Shown piece after piece: positions 15,504 through 25,614 of a stretch of DNA of 64,000 nt. A model generated the notes under the pieces. The model ran no database searches, was not told where the DNA came from, and saw only the letters and a list, made by a program, of their open reading frames with translations. The position numbers were made by a program, and so were the translations under genes. The DNA comes from Deferrisomatales bacterium (lineage in GTDB: Bacteria; Desulfobacterota; Deferrisomatia; Deferrisomatales; JACRMM01): NCBI GenBank assembly GCA_033551855.1, contig JAWSUI010000005.1, positions 1 to 64,000 on the forward strand, read 5' to 3'. The stretch's first letter is position 1; each line of letters begins with the position of its first letter.

Positions 15504-17933
15504 TCACGTGTCCCGCAGGCGCGCCCCCACCCGCTCCTCCAGGCGCCCCAGAATGGCGGCCTCCACTGCCGCCACCTCCTCCTCCGTGAGGGTGCGCTCG
15601 TCGGATCGGTACACGACCCGCACCGCGAGGCTGAGGGTGCCCGGCGGGAGGCGCCCCCCCTCGAAGACGTCGAAGAGGCGCGCGCTGCGCACCAGGGGCG
15701 ATTCCACCGAAGCCACGGCGTCGAGCACGTCCTGCGCCCGCACGGACCGCTCCACCAGCACGGCCACGTCGCGCTCCACGGCCGGAAACCGCTCGAGACC
15801 GGGGAAGTGACCCGGGGTCGCCGCCGCCCGGCCTGCTGCCTCCAGGTCGAGCTCGAACCCCACCGCCGGTGACGGGAGCTCGTAGCCCTCCGCCCGGTCG
15901 GGGTGGATCTGGCCGACCCACCCGAACACGGTCCCCTCCCCGCCCTTCCCGGGCCCGACGAGAACCCGGGCGGCCCGGCCGGGATGGAGCCAGGGGATGT
16001 CCGGGGCGGCCTCGAAGCGGGCACCGGAGACTCCCAGGGACCGCAGGAGCTCCTCCACCAGGCCCTTGGCGTCGAAGAAGTCGACCGGCTCCGCGTCCGC
16101 CCACCAGGCCAAGGGCCATCGCCGTCCCGTGAGGACCGCCGCTACCCCCAGGACCTCCCGGGGCAGGGTCTGCCCCTCGATCGGGTGGTAGGTGCGGCCC
16201 ACCTCGAACAGGCGCACGTCCCGGTTCTGGCGCCGGGCGTTCAGGCCGGCCGCCCGCAGGAGCCCGCCGAGGAGGCCCGTCCGGAGGACCGCGGTCTCAC
16301 GGCTCAGGGGGTTCGCGAGCGCCACCTTTCGGCGCAGAGGCGAATCCGCCGGTAAGCCGAGGCGGTCGTCGTCCTCCGGATCGACGAAGCTCAGGCTGAT
16401 CGCCTCCCGGAGCCCCAGGGCCGCCAGCGAGTCCCGCGCGCGCTCGGCCAGGACCAGCCGGGGGGGGAGCGCCTCGCAGGTCATGGGCACCGTGGGAAGG
16501 GTCGCGGGAACGGCGTCGTATCCTCGCAGCCTGGCAATCTCCTCGATGAGGTCGATCTCCCGCTCCAGGTCCACCCGGAAGGGGGGGATCTCGGCCTCCA
16601 GGCCCTCGCTGTCCCGGCGCACGACGGCGAGCCCCAGGGACTCGAGCCGAGCCTGCGCCTCCCCCGGGGGGACCTCGACGCCCAACACGCCTGCGAGCTT
16701 GGCGTACCGCAAGGGCACCCTGCGAGCGGCATGGGGCGTGGGGTAGGCATCCCACACCCCCCGGGCCACGACACCGCCCGCAAGCTCGACGATGAGCTCC
16801 GCCGCCCGGTCCAGGGCGAGACGCAGGCCCTCGACGTCGGTGCCACGCTCGAAGCGGTACGAGGCCTCGGTCCGCAGGCCCAGCTTCTTCGAGGTCTTGC
16901 GGATGTTTGTGGGCAGGAAGTAGGCGCTCTCCAGGAGGAGGTCGACGGTGTCGTCCTGGACCTCGGAGTTGAGACCCCCCATGATCCCTGCCAGGGCCAC
17001 CGCACCCTCGGCGTCGCAGATGACGAGGCTGTCTTCGCCGAGGGTCCGCTCCTGGCCGTCGAGGGTGGTGAACCGCTGGCCCGGCCGGGCGCGCTGCACG
17101 ACGATCCGCTCCCCCTCCAGACGCTGCAGATCGAAGGCGTGCAGGGGATGTCCCAGCTCGAGCAGCACGTAGTTGGTCACGTCCACCACGTTGTTGATCG
17201 CCCGCACCCCGGCCGAGCGGAGCCGCTGCCGCAGCCAAACCGGCGAGGGCGCCAGGCGCACCCCCCGGATCACCCGGGCCGCGTACCGATGGCAGAGATC
17301 CGGGTCCCGGATCTCGACCGAGGTCTGGTCCTCCACTGCCGGCCCCTCCTCGGGAACCACCGGCGTGGGCACCCGGAGGACAGCCCCCGCCAGGGCCGCC
17401 ACCTCCCGCGCCACCCCCACCACCGAGAGGCAGTCCGCCCGGTTGGGCGTGAGCTCCACCTCCATGACGTGGTCCGGCAGGCCCAGCACCTCCACGAGAG
17501 GGCGGCCCACCTCGGCCCCCGGCGGCAGGATCAGGATGCCCGCGTGGTCGTCTCCCAGACCGAGCTCCCGCTCGGAGCACAGCATCCCGGAGCTCGTCTG
17601 TCCCCGGATCTTCGCCTTGCGGATCGTCACGCCGCCTGGGAGGGTGGCCCCCACCCGCGCCAGGGCCACCCTGTCCCCGGCCTGCATGTTGGCGGCGCCG
17701 CAGACGATGTCGTGCGTCTCCCGGCCGTTGCTGACCCGACAGAGGCTCAGGCGGTCGGCGTTGGGGTGGGGGTTGCGCTCGAGGATCTGGGCAACCACCA
17801 CCTCTGCGATCCCCTCCCCCAGTCGCTCCACCCCGGACACTTCGAGGCCCGCCAGGGTCAGTCGACGGGCCACTTCCTCGGGCGGCAGGTCCACGTCCAC
17901 GTAGGCCTTGAGCCAATTCAGGCTGATTCTCAT
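15504..17933 (-). CDS. pheT: Phenylalanyl-tRNA synthetase beta
   Basis: HPNADRL, IVCGA, SGMLCS, TPNRADCLS, REIDLIEE, C-terminal anticodon-binding domain. Confidence 0.97.
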   Translation of the reverse strand: MRISLNWLKAYVDVDLPPEEVARRLTLAGLEVSGVERLGEGIAEVVVAQILERNPHPNADRLSLCRVSNGRETHDIVCGAANMQAGDRVALARVGATLPGGVTIRKAKIRGQTSSGMLCSERELGLGDDHAGILILPPGAEVGRPLVEVLGLPDHVMEVELTPNRADCLSVVGVAREVAALAGAVLRVPTPVVPEEGPAVEDQTSVEIRDPDLCHRYAARVIRGVRLAPSPVWLRQRLRSAGVRAINNVVDVTNYVLLELGHPLHAFDLQRLEGERIVVQRARPGQRFTTLDGQERTLGEDSLVICDAEGAVALAGIMGGLNSEVQDDTVDLLLESAYFLPTNIRKTSKKLGLRTEASYRFERGTDVEGLRLALDRAAELIVELAGGVVARGVWDAYPTPHAARRVPLRYAKLAGVLGVEVPPGEAQARLESLGLAVVRRDSEGLEAEIPPFRVDLEREIDLIEEIARLRGYDAVPATLPTVPMTCEALPPRLVLAERARDSLAALGLREAISLSFVDPEDDDRLGLPADSPLRRKVALANPLSRETAVLRTGLLGGLLRAAGLNARRQNRDVRLFEVGRTYHPIEGQTLPREVLGVAAVLTGRRWPLAWWADAEPVDFFDAKGLVEELLRSLGVSGARFEAAPDIPWLHPGRAARVLVGPGKGGEGTVFGWVGQIHPDRAEGYELPSPAVGFELDLEAAGRAAATPGHFPGLERFPAVERDVAVLVERSVRAQDVLDAVASVESPLVRSARLFDVFEGGRLPPGTLSLAVRVVYRSDERTLTEEEVAAVEAAILGRLEERVGARLRDT

Positions 17934-17940
17934 GGGGCGC

Positions 17941-18969
17941 TCAGGAGAAGTGGGAGAGGAACCGGAGGTCGTTCTCGTAGAAGAGCCGGATGTCGTCCAT
18001 CCCGTAGCGGAGCATCGCGACCCGCTCCACGCCGAGGCCGAAGGCGAAGCCCTGCACCCGCTCGGGGTCGTACCCGACGAACCCGTACACGGCCGGGTCC
18101 ACCATGCCCGCGCCCAGGATCTCGAGCCAACCGGTTCCCTTGCACAGGCGGCATCCGGCTCCGCGGCACAGCACGCACTGGATGTCCACCTCGGCGCTCG
18201 GCTCGGTGAAGGGGAAGTAGCTGGGTCGCAGGCGCACCCCGGTGCCCGGGCCGTAATACCGGTGGACGAACTCGGTGAGGGTCCCCTTGAGGTCGCCGAA
18301 GGTCACGCCCGCCTCCACCAGCAGGCCCTCGACTTGGTGGAACATCGGGGAGTGGGTGATGTCGGAGTCGCACCGGTACACCTTGCCCGGGGCGACGATC
18401 TTGACCGGGGGCTGGCGGGACTCCATGATCCGCACCTGGACCGGCGAGGTGTGGGTACGCAGCACCACCCCGGGGGCCACGTAGAAGGTGTCCTGCATGT
18501 CACGGGCCGGGTGGTCCGCCGGGATGTTGAGGGCCTCGAAGTTGTAGTACTCCTCCTCGACCTCGGGGCCCTCGGCCACCGAGAAGCCCATCCGGGCGAA
18601 GATGTCGAGGATCTCCCGGAGCACCTGCGTAATGGGGTGGAGCCCTCCGGGGTGGGGCCGGCGGCCCCCCCGGGTCACGTCCAGGGCTTCCCGGGCAACG
18701 CGGGCACCGGCCTCCTCCTCCCGCAGGGAGGCCGCCCGGGCCTCGAGGGCCTGCTCGATGCGGGCCTTCACCCGGTTGGCCACCTGGCCCACGTGGGGGC
18801 GCTCCTCGGCGCTCAGGCGGCCCATCTCGCGCAGGCACCCCGTCAGGGCCCCCTTGCGGCCCAGGTAGCCCACCCGCACCGACTCCAGGGCGGCAACGTC
18901 CGCCGCCGCGGCCACGGCTCCGAGCGCCTGCCCTTCCAGGACCTGCAGCTGCTCGAGTATCGCGGACAT
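17941..18969 (-). CDS. pheS: Phenylalanyl-tRNA synthetase alpha
   Basis: [41 protein letters not shown]. Confidence 0.97.
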   Translation of the reverse strand: MSAILEQLQVLEGQALGAVAAAADVAALESVRVGYLGRKGALTGCLREMGRLSAEERPHVGQVANRVKARIEQALEARAASLREEEAGARVAREALDVTRGGRRPHPGGLHPITQVLREILDIFARMGFSVAEGPEVEEEYYNFEALNIPADHPARDMQDTFYVAPGVVLRTHTSPVQVRIMESRQPPVKIVAPGKVYRCDSDITHSPMFHQVEGLLVEAGVTFGDLKGTLTEFVHRYYGPGTGVRLRPSYFPFTEPSAEVDIQCVLCRGAGCRLCKGTGWLEILGAGMVDPAVYGFVGYDPERVQGFAFGLGVERVAMLRYGMDDIRLFYENDLRFLSHFS

Positions 18970-18991
18970 TCCAGCGGCCCGGGAAAGCCCC

Positions 18992-19345
18992 TCAGCGGGG
19001 CGGGAAGACCTGTACGACCAGGCGGGAGAAGTCCTCCGGGTGGCGCACGGCGATCTCGGCAAGGACCTTGCGGTTGAGGTCGACCCCCGCCTTCTTGAGG
19101 GCATCGACGAGCCGGCTGTAGGAGGTGCCGTTCATCTTGGCCGCGGCGCTGATCCGCGCGATCCACAGGCGGCGGAACTCCCGCTTGCGCACCTTGCGGT
19201 CGCGGTACCCGTAGGCCCACGCGCGGTGCAGGGCCTCCGTGGCGGTGCGCAGCAGGCGGTGCCTGCCGCCCACGTACCCGCGGGCCTGTTTGAGAATCTT
19301 CTTGCGGCGCTGACGCGAAGCCACCGAAGGTCTGCTGCGTGCCAT
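18992..19345 (-). CDS. rplT: 50S ribosomal protein L20
   Basis: [29 protein letters not shown]. Confidence 0.97.
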   Translation of the reverse strand: MARSRPSVASRQRRKKILKQARGYVGGRHRLLRTATEALHRAWAYGYRDRKVRKREFRRLWIARISAAAKMNGTSYSRLVDALKKAGVDLNRKVLAEIAVRHPEDFSRLVVQVFPPR

Positions 19346-19465
19346 GGCTTTTCTCCTCGTGGGAAGACCCCCCGCGCGCCGGGGCTCTCGGCCCAGGCCT
19401 ATCCCCCAGGCACATGGCAGCCCGGGGATGAGGCATTCGCGCGGCGGGGCGTAACGTACGTCCGC

Positions 19466-19663
19466 TTACCGGTACGGCATGAGCTGCTTCACGGCCTTCA
19501 GGTTGGTGTCGTCCACGTACCCGGGCCCCCGCAAGTGGCGCTTCCGCTTGCGGTCCTTGCTCCCGAGGATATGGCTCCGAAAGGCCTTGCGGTGCTTCAC
19601 CTTTCCGGTGGCCGTGAACTTGAACCGCTTGGCCGCGGCCCGCTTCGTCTTGAGCTTGGGCAT
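19466..19663 (-). CDS. rpmI: 50S ribosomal protein L35
   Basis: [21 protein letters not shown]. Confidence 0.97.
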   Translation of the reverse strand: MPKLKTKRAAAKRFKFTATGKVKHRKAFRSHILGSKDRKRKRHLRGPGYVDDTNLKAVKQLMPYR

Positions 19664-19681
19664 CGTCGTCTCTCTTTCCGT

Positions 19682-20206
19682 CTACTTGGGCGGGGCCTTG
19701 GCCACCGGGGCGAGCATCATGAACATCGTTCGCCCCTCCCGGCGGGGCGGCGCCTCCACCTTGGCGATACCGTCGAGGTTCTCCACCAGCTTCTGGAGCT
19801 GCTCGAGGCCCTTCTCCGGAAGGGTCACCTCCCGGCCCCGGAACATCACCGTAACCTTGACCTTGTCCCCTGATTCCAGGAACTCGCGCACTTTCTTGAG
19901 CTTCACCTGGAAGTCGTGCTCTTCGGTCTTGGGGCGAATCTTCACCTCCTTGACCTGGATCACCACCTGCCGCTTCTTGGCCTCGGCGGTCTTCTTGGCC
20001 ATCTGATACTTGTACCGGCCGTAGTCCATGATCTTGCACACCGGCGGGCTCGCCAGAGGGGCCACCTCCACCAGGTCGAGCTCTTGCTCCTCGGCCAGGG
20101 CCAGCGCCCGCTCGATGGGCAGAATCCCGAGCTGATCCCCCTCGGGCCCGATGGTGCGCACTTCTCGGACACGGATCATACGGTTGATGCGCGGTTGGTC
20201 GGCGAT
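19682..20206 (-). CDS. infC: Translation initiation factor IF-3, non-canonical ATC start
   Basis: PRINRMIR, LDLVEVAP, PPVCKIMDYG, VMFRGRE; GAGGAGGT precedes in-frame ATC at 20206. Confidence 0.95.
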   Translation of the reverse strand: MADQPRINRMIRVREVRTIGPEGDQLGILPIERALALAEEQELDLVEVAPLASPPVCKIMDYGRYKYQMAKKTAEAKKRQVVIQVKEVKIRPKTEEHDFQVKLKKVREFLESGDKVKVTVMFRGREVTLPEKGLEQLQKLVENLDGIAKVEAPPRREGRTMFMMLAPVAKAPPK

Positions 20207-20330
20207 GAGACACCTCCTCGCGTGTGAGATCTCGACCCACGGGGCTCAGAATCTGTGAAACAATCTGCTGCGCGACCGAATGGCTTCGTTGCGCACTCCG
20301 GTCTGCTCACGACGATTCTTTGACCGACGT

Positions 20331-22244
20331 TCAGCGCAGGTGGGCCGTCGCTTCCTCTTCCAGTTGCCGCACGAACTCGTCCAGGGGGACCAGGTTCCGG
20401 GCCTCCCCGGAGCGCAGCCGCGGGGACACCGCCTCCTGCTCCACCTCTTTGTCCCCCACCACCACCATGTAGGGAATCTTCTGGAGCTGGGCCTCGCGGA
20501 CCTTGTAACCCAGCTTCTCGTTGCGGTCGTCGAGCTCCGCGCGAAGCCCGCGGGAACGCAAAATCCCCTGCACCTTCTGGGCGTAGGGGATGTGGCGGTC
20601 CGTGATCGGCAGAAGGACGGCCTGCACGGGGGCGAGCCACGTGGGGAACGCCCCGGCGTAGTGCTCGATCAGGATCCCGATGAACCGCTCGATGGAACCC
20701 AGGATCACCCGGTGCAGCATCACCGGCCGGCGACGCTCCCCGTCAGGCGCCACGTAGGTCAGATCGAACCGCTCCGGCAGCGTAAAATCGGCCTGGATTG
20801 TAGCACACTGCCACCTTCTGTCAAGCGCGTCCTTGAGCTTGACGTCGATCTTGGGCCCGTAGAACGCCCCGTCCCCCTCGTTCACCTGGTAGGGGATGGC
20901 GTGGGTCTGGAGCGCCTGTCTCAGGGCCTCGGTGGCCCGCTCCCAGGCCTCGTCGTCGCCGATGGACTTCTCCGGGCGGGTGGAGAGCTCCACCTCGTAG
21001 GAGAAACCGAACCGGTCCATCACGTCCTTGACGAACGCCAGGATCCCCGTGATCTCGTCCTGGAGTTGCTCCGGCGTGCACAGCAGGTGGGCATCGTCCT
21101 GCGTGAACCCCCGCACCCGGGTGAGCCCGTGAAGGACCCCGGACTTCTCGTGGCGGTACACCGTGCCCAGCTCGAAGAAGCGCAGGGGGAGGTCGCGGTA
21201 GGAGCGCAGCTTCGACTTGTAGATGAACATGTGGGCGAGGCAGTTCATGGGCTTGATGCCGTAGGTCTGACCCTCGACCTCCGTGAAGTACATGTTCTCC
21301 CGGTAGTTGTCGTAGTGCCCGGAGCGCTCCCACAGCTCCTTGCGCAGGAGCTGCGGCCCCATCACGATCTGGTACCCCCGCTTGAGGTGCTCCCGGCGCT
21401 CGAAGTCCTCGAGGACCGTCCTCAGGAGCGCCCCCTTCGGGTGCCAGATCACGAACCCCGGCCCCACCTCCTCGTCGATGGAGAAGAGCTCGAGCTCCCT
21501 TCCGAGCTTCCGGTGGTCCCGTTTCCGGGCCTCCTCGAGCATGTGCAGCCGGTGCTCCAGCGCCTCCCGGTCGGCGAAGGCCGTACCGTAGATCCGCTGG
21601 AGCATGGCGTTCTTCTCGTCGCCGCGCCAGTACGCCCCGGCCAGGGAGAGCAGCTTGAAGGCCCGGAGCTTCCCGGTGGAGGGCACGTGGGGCCCGCGGC
21701 ACAGGTCCACGAAGTCGCCCTGCCGGTAGACCGAGAGGGTCTCGCCCACGGGGAGCTCCCGGATCAGCTCCTCCTTGTAGGTCTCCCCTTGGGAGGCGAA
21801 GAGCGTCAGGGCCTCCTCGCGGCTCACCTCCTGCCGGACCACGGGCAGGTCCTCGCGAGCGAGGCGCTCCATCTCGTGCTCGATCGCCTCCAAGTCCTCG
21901 GGGCGGAAGGGCCGGGGCGTGTCGAAGTCGTAGTAGAAACCCTCCTCGGTGGCCGGGCCGATCGCCACCTTCACCTCGGGGAAGAGGCGCTTCGCCGCCT
22001 GGGCCATGAGGTGGGCCGCGGAGTGGCGCAGCACGTCGAGCCCCTCGGGGGTGGCGCCGGTGTGCAGCTTGAGGGTGCAGTCTCCGGGGAGGGGCGCGGT
22101 GAGGTCCACCAGGCGGCCGTCGACCTCCGCGGCCACGGCATCGCGGGCGAGCCGCTTGCCGATGGATGCCGCGATCTCGGCGGGGGTGGTACCTTCCGCC
22201 ACCTCTTTGACGCTGCCGTCGGGCAGGGTCACGTGAATGGACAT
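20331..22244 (-). CDS. thrS: Threonyl-tRNA synthetase
   Basis: TGS domain, [28 protein letters not shown]; start [10 protein letters not shown]. Confidence 0.97.
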   Translation of the reverse strand: MSIHVTLPDGSVKEVAEGTTPAEIAASIGKRLARDAVAAEVDGRLVDLTAPLPGDCTLKLHTGATPEGLDVLRHSAAHLMAQAAKRLFPEVKVAIGPATEEGFYYDFDTPRPFRPEDLEAIEHEMERLAREDLPVVRQEVSREEALTLFASQGETYKEELIRELPVGETLSVYRQGDFVDLCRGPHVPSTGKLRAFKLLSLAGAYWRGDEKNAMLQRIYGTAFADREALEHRLHMLEEARKRDHRKLGRELELFSIDEEVGPGFVIWHPKGALLRTVLEDFERREHLKRGYQIVMGPQLLRKELWERSGHYDNYRENMYFTEVEGQTYGIKPMNCLAHMFIYKSKLRSYRDLPLRFFELGTVYRHEKSGVLHGLTRVRGFTQDDAHLLCTPEQLQDEITGILAFVKDVMDRFGFSYEVELSTRPEKSIGDDEAWERATEALRQALQTHAIPYQVNEGDGAFYGPKIDVKLKDALDRRWQCATIQADFTLPERFDLTYVAPDGERRRPVMLHRVILGSIERFIGILIEHYAGAFPTWLAPVQAVLLPITDRHIPYAQKVQGILRSRGLRAELDDRNEKLGYKVREAQLQKIPYMVVVGDKEVEQEAVSPRLRSGEARNLVPLDEFVRQLEEEATAHLR

Positions 22245-22330
22245 GGGGTCACTGCTCCTTCCTGCAACGCGGCGCTCGTCGATCCGCGACCCACCGCAGC
22301 GGACAGACCACAGGGAACCCGCGGGCCCAA

Positions 22331-22366
22331 AGAAAAAAGGCATCGGTGGGCGGCCCACGCGATGCC
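22331..22366 (-). terminator. Intrinsic terminator-like hairpin after tRNA-Val
   Basis: Minus strand GGCATCGCGTGGG...CCCACCGATGCC followed by TTTTTTCTTT. Confidence 0.6.
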
Positions 22367-22394
22367 CCTCGCGGTCGACTCGGACGGACAGAGA

Positions 22395-22469
22395 TGGTAG
22401 GCACGGGCGGGATTGAACCGCCGACCCCCTGCGTGTCGGGCAGGTGCTCTCCCACTGAGCTACGTGCCT
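22395..22469 (-). tRNA. tRNA-Val(GAC)
   Basis: AGGCACGTAGCTCAGTGGGAGAGCACCTGCCCGACACGCAGGGGGTCGGCGGTTCAATCCCGCCCGTGCCTACCA. Confidence 0.95.
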
Positions 22470-22520
22470 GTGCAGTCGTCGTCGAGTGCGGCCCCGGCGC
22501 TTCGGACTCGAGGCCGCCTC

Positions 22521-22587
22521 TCTATACCAGTGCAGTTTTCCTCTTGTCAAGGCTGCCTTGACACCCCCGATTCCCACCTTCTATGCT
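22521..22587. promoter_or_regulatory. Back-to-back sigma70-like promoters for tRNA-Val and tatBC
   Basis: Minus TTGACA-N18-TATAGA; plus TTGACA-N18-TATGCT; both -35 boxes lie in the palindrome TGTCAAGGC-T-GCCTTGACA. Confidence 0.55.
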
Positions 22588-22624
22588 CGGATCCACGCCG
22601 TTCCCTCCGCCTCCGAGGTGCCCC

Positions 22625-22933
22625 GTGTTCGGAATGGGCATGACCGAGATCCTGATCATCCTCGCCGTGGCACTGATCGTCATCGGACCCAAGAAGCTGC
22701 CCGACCTGGCGCGCACCCTCGGCAGGGGCCTGGCCGAGTTTCGGCGGGCCACGGACGATCTGCAGCGCACCATCTACAAGGAGGTGCACCCGCCCCGGCA
22801 GCCCCCCCGGCACGGGGAGGACCACCCCAAGGCCAAGGTCCAGGAAAGACCGGGGCCTCCGCCGGGGGAAGAAGAGCACGGCCCCTCCGAACCGCCCGTC
22901 CCCGAGGCCCCGGACCGGGAACGCGGGGCCTGA
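22625..22933 (+). CDS. tatB: Twin-arginine translocase TatB (TatA/B family)
   Basis: [32 protein letters not shown] start; directly upstream of tatC. Confidence 0.85.
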   Translation: MFGMGMTEILIILAVALIVIGPKKLPDLARTLGRGLAEFRRATDDLQRTIYKEVHPPRQPPRHGEDHPKAKVQERPGPPPGEEEHGPSEPPVPEAPDRERGA

Positions 22934-22936
22934 CCC

Positions 22937-23752
22937 ATGGGGGACGCGGAAGATCGCGGCACGGGGCGCGAGGAGCCCGACGACGACAAGCTGCCGTTCA
23001 CCGCGCATCTGGAAGAGCTTCGATCGCGCCTGATCAAGTGCTTCGCGGCCGTCGTCATCGGGTTCGCCGCCTGCTACTCCGTGAGCGACCGCCTCTTCGA
23101 TGCCTTTGTCGAGCCCCTGGTGAGGTCCCTTCCCGAGGGAAGCCACCTGGCCATGATCCGGGTCCAGGAGGGGTTTCTCGCCCACCTGAAGGTGGGCATC
23201 CTCGCCGCCATCATCGTCTCCAGCCCGGTCATCTTCTACCAGGCATGGAAATTCGTCGCTCCGGGGCTCTACCCCCAGGAGAAGCGCCTGGTGTGGCCCT
23301 TCGTGGCTTCCGCCACGGCGTTCTTCCTGCTGGGCACCTCGTTCGCCTACTGGGTGGTGTTTCCCTTCGGGTTCCAGTTCCTGCTGGGCTACGCCACGGG
23401 GGGCATCCAGGCCACCATCTCCATGGAGGCCTACCTCGACTTCGCCACGAAGCTGATGGTGGCCTTCGGCGTCGTCTTCGAGCTGCCGGTGGTGGTGTTC
23501 TTCCTGGCCCGCATGGGGGTCCTGACCCACCGCCCCCTGGCCCGCAACCGCGGCTACGCCCTGGTGATCATCGCCATCGTGGCGTCGGTCCTCACCCCGC
23601 CCGACCCCTTCACCATGACGCTCATGGCCATCCCCCTGTTCGTGCTCTTCGAGCTGAGCATCCTGGTGGCCCGACTCGCGGCTCCGCCCCCGGAAGAGCC
23701 GGAGGAGCCGGAGGTGGCGGAGCGCGGCGCCGATGGCGACGGGGAGGGGTGA
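22937..23752 (+). CDS. tatC: Twin-arginine translocase TatC
   Basis: HLEELRSRL, FVAPGLY..EK, FELPV, LTPPD. Confidence 0.96.
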   Translation: MGDAEDRGTGREEPDDDKLPFTAHLEELRSRLIKCFAAVVIGFAACYSVSDRLFDAFVEPLVRSLPEGSHLAMIRVQEGFLAHLKVGILAAIIVSSPVIFYQAWKFVAPGLYPQEKRLVWPFVASATAFFLLGTSFAYWVVFPFGFQFLLGYATGGIQATISMEAYLDFATKLMVAFGVVFELPVVVFFLARMGVLTHRPLARNRGYALVIIAIVASVLTPPDPFTMTLMAIPLFVLFELSILVARLAAPPPEEPEEPEVAERGADGDGEG

Positions 23753-23762
23753 GCGGCTCCCC

Positions 23763-23880
23763 GGACCCGATCCCGAGTTGGGCCCCCTATCGGAATCGGA
23801 ATCGGGATCGGAGGCGAAGCCGAGGGGGCGGTTCGATCTCGATATCGATGGGGAATCCCCCGTCCCTGTCGGGATCGGGT
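23763..23880. repeat. ATCGGR/ATCTCG hexamer-array intergenic repeat
   Basis: atcgga-atcgga-atcggg-atcgga ... tcgatctcgatatcgat; related array at 46471-46533. Confidence 0.6.
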
Positions 23881-23882
23881 TC

Positions 23883-24782
23883 TCAGACAGCAGCCCTCGC
23901 CGACCGCGTGAGCACCTCCAGAAAAGCCTGGGCGGCGGGGGGCATGGTGCGCTGGCCGTCCCAGACGGCGTAGAACCGGCGCACCACCGGGGGAAGCCCC
24001 TCCACCGGCACCGGCCGCAGGGCTCCCGCCTGCACCTCCAGCAAGGTGGCCGCGTCCGAGAGGAACCCTCCGCCGATTCCAGCCTTCACGGCCTCCTTGA
24101 CCGCCGCGGTGGATCCGAGCTCCCCCACGACCTCGAGCTCCTCGGCACCGACCCCCAGGCCCTGGAGAGCGCGCTCCACCGCGCGGCGGGTCCCGGATCC
24201 CCGCTCCCGCAGCACCAGGGGTACCCGGCGCAGGCCGTCGAGGTCCAGGGGCCCCTCCAGCCCGGACTTCGGGGCGGCGTAGAGCACCACCCGATCCTCC
24301 CAGAGGGGCACATAGCAGAGCCCCAGTCCCTCTTCCCGGCTCCCCACCACCCCCAGATCCCCGTCCCCTGCCCGGAGCCTTTCCAGTACCTCGGCGGAGT
24401 CTCCCACCCGAAGGTGCACCGTCACCTCCGGGTGCGCCCGCTGAAAGCCCACCAGGGGGGCGGGGAGCAGGTACTCCCCCGGGATCGTGCTCGCCTGCAC
24501 CCGCAAGCGCCCCCAGAGTAGACCCCGATAGGCCGCAGCGCGCTGCCGGAGCCGGTCCCGGGCCTCCAGGATCACCCGCGCCTCCGCCAGGAGCCGGCTT
24601 CCGGCGTCCGTGAGCTCCACCGACCGCGGAAGCCGGTCGAAGAGGGTCACGCCCAGCTCCTGCTCCAGCTCCTTGACCTGCCCGCTCACGGTCGGTTGGG
24701 TGAGGTACAGGGCTTCTGCCGCCCGGGTGAACCCCCCCAGGGTCGCCACGTGCACGAAGGCCTCGATGTGGCGCAAGTTCAC
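23883..24782 (-). CDS. LysR-family regulator (CysL / selenium-metabolism-associated type)
   Basis: FTRAAEALYLTQPTVS.Q...LE.ELG..LFDR, ASTIPGEY.LP, RERGSGTR; GTG start overlaps upstream stop. Confidence 0.9.
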   Translation of the reverse strand: MNLRHIEAFVHVATLGGFTRAAEALYLTQPTVSGQVKELEQELGVTLFDRLPRSVELTDAGSRLLAEARVILEARDRLRQRAAAYRGLLWGRLRVQASTIPGEYLLPAPLVGFQRAHPEVTVHLRVGDSAEVLERLRAGDGDLGVVGSREEGLGLCYVPLWEDRVVLYAAPKSGLEGPLDLDGLRRVPLVLRERGSGTRRAVERALQGLGVGAEELEVVGELGSTAAVKEAVKAGIGGGFLSDAATLLEVQAGALRPVPVEGLPPVVRRFYAVWDGQRTMPPAAQAFLEVLTRSARAAV

Positions 24783-25600
24783 GGGATCACCTCCCTCAAC
24801 CCCTGCCCCAGGAGCCGCCGAACCGTGGCCTCGGCCAGGAACACGAGGGCCTCCTGGTCCAGGTAGTCCAGCACCTGACGGTCCACGAGGAACGCAGCCC
24901 GGGCGCCGAACTCCTCCTCGGGGCCCCAGTAGAGCAAGAGCAGCGCCACCCGGGGCAGGGCGGGCAGCAGGTAGGCCCGCTGGGCCGAACCGAAGACGGT
25001 GGGGCTGCCCCCCAGGTCGCGGCAGGCTGCGTCCAGCTCCTCCTCCCTCCCGGTAAACGCCTCCGCCACACGGTCCCCGCAGGCCTCGAAGGAGCGCGCC
25101 TTGCTCACGGTGTTGGGGAGCTCCCGGAACGCGGCCCACTCCCCCGCGGGCGGCGCCCCGGAGGCCCGAGTAGCGTAGATGGCCAGGAAGATCTTCACCC
25201 ACACCGTGGGCTCCTCGGCGCCGGCCGCCGTCACGTCCTCCCGGGTCACCCGGTGGGGGACGCCCAGGAAGGGAAGGACCAGGGCCTCCGGGGGGCCCGG
25301 ATCGAGCTCGGCGCCGCTGGCCGCGGCGAGCCGGGCGAAGTCGGCCTCGGCGAGCTTCCCCTGGAGAAACGCGAAGGCCTGCTCACTGGCCTCCGGCCTT
25401 CGCCCCTCGCCGCGGGCCCGGCCCTCCTCGAGCTTGGTCTCCATGGCCGCCCGCAGCCCCGGTGGGAGGTGGGGGCAGCCCTCCAGGGACAGGCCGTCCA
25501 GGTACACCGCCGACGCAAAGGCGAAGCACCCGCTCCTCCCGCAGTCCCCGCAGTTGGTGCGGGGCAGGTCGCGGTAGATGTCCAGCACCTTGTATGCCAT
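24779..25600 (-). CDS. Fe-S (LP.TNCGDCG..GC) plus DUF3786-like domain protein
   Basis: N-terminal NCGDCGRSGC.AFA...CP; C-terminal W.AFRELP, LPRV...W..EEEF. Confidence 0.8.
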   Translation of the reverse strand: MAYKVLDIYRDLPRTNCGDCGRSGCFAFASAVYLDGLSLEGCPHLPPGLRAAMETKLEEGRARGEGRRPEASEQAFAFLQGKLAEADFARLAAASGAELDPGPPEALVLPFLGVPHRVTREDVTAAGAEEPTVWVKIFLAIYATRASGAPPAGEWAAFRELPNTVSKARSFEACGDRVAEAFTGREEELDAACRDLGGSPTVFGSAQRAYLLPALPRVALLLLYWGPEEEFGARAAFLVDRQVLDYLDQEALVFLAEATVRRLLGQGLREVIP

Positions 25601-25614
25601 TGGCGTTTCCTCTG

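Noticed and set aside
20207..20330. L20 leader RNA between thrS and infC
   Set aside because: Position is plausible but I could not support a structure from sequence alone
22245..22394. T-box riboswitch upstream of thrS
   Set aside because: No T-box motif recognised; the hairpin is better explained as the tRNA terminator
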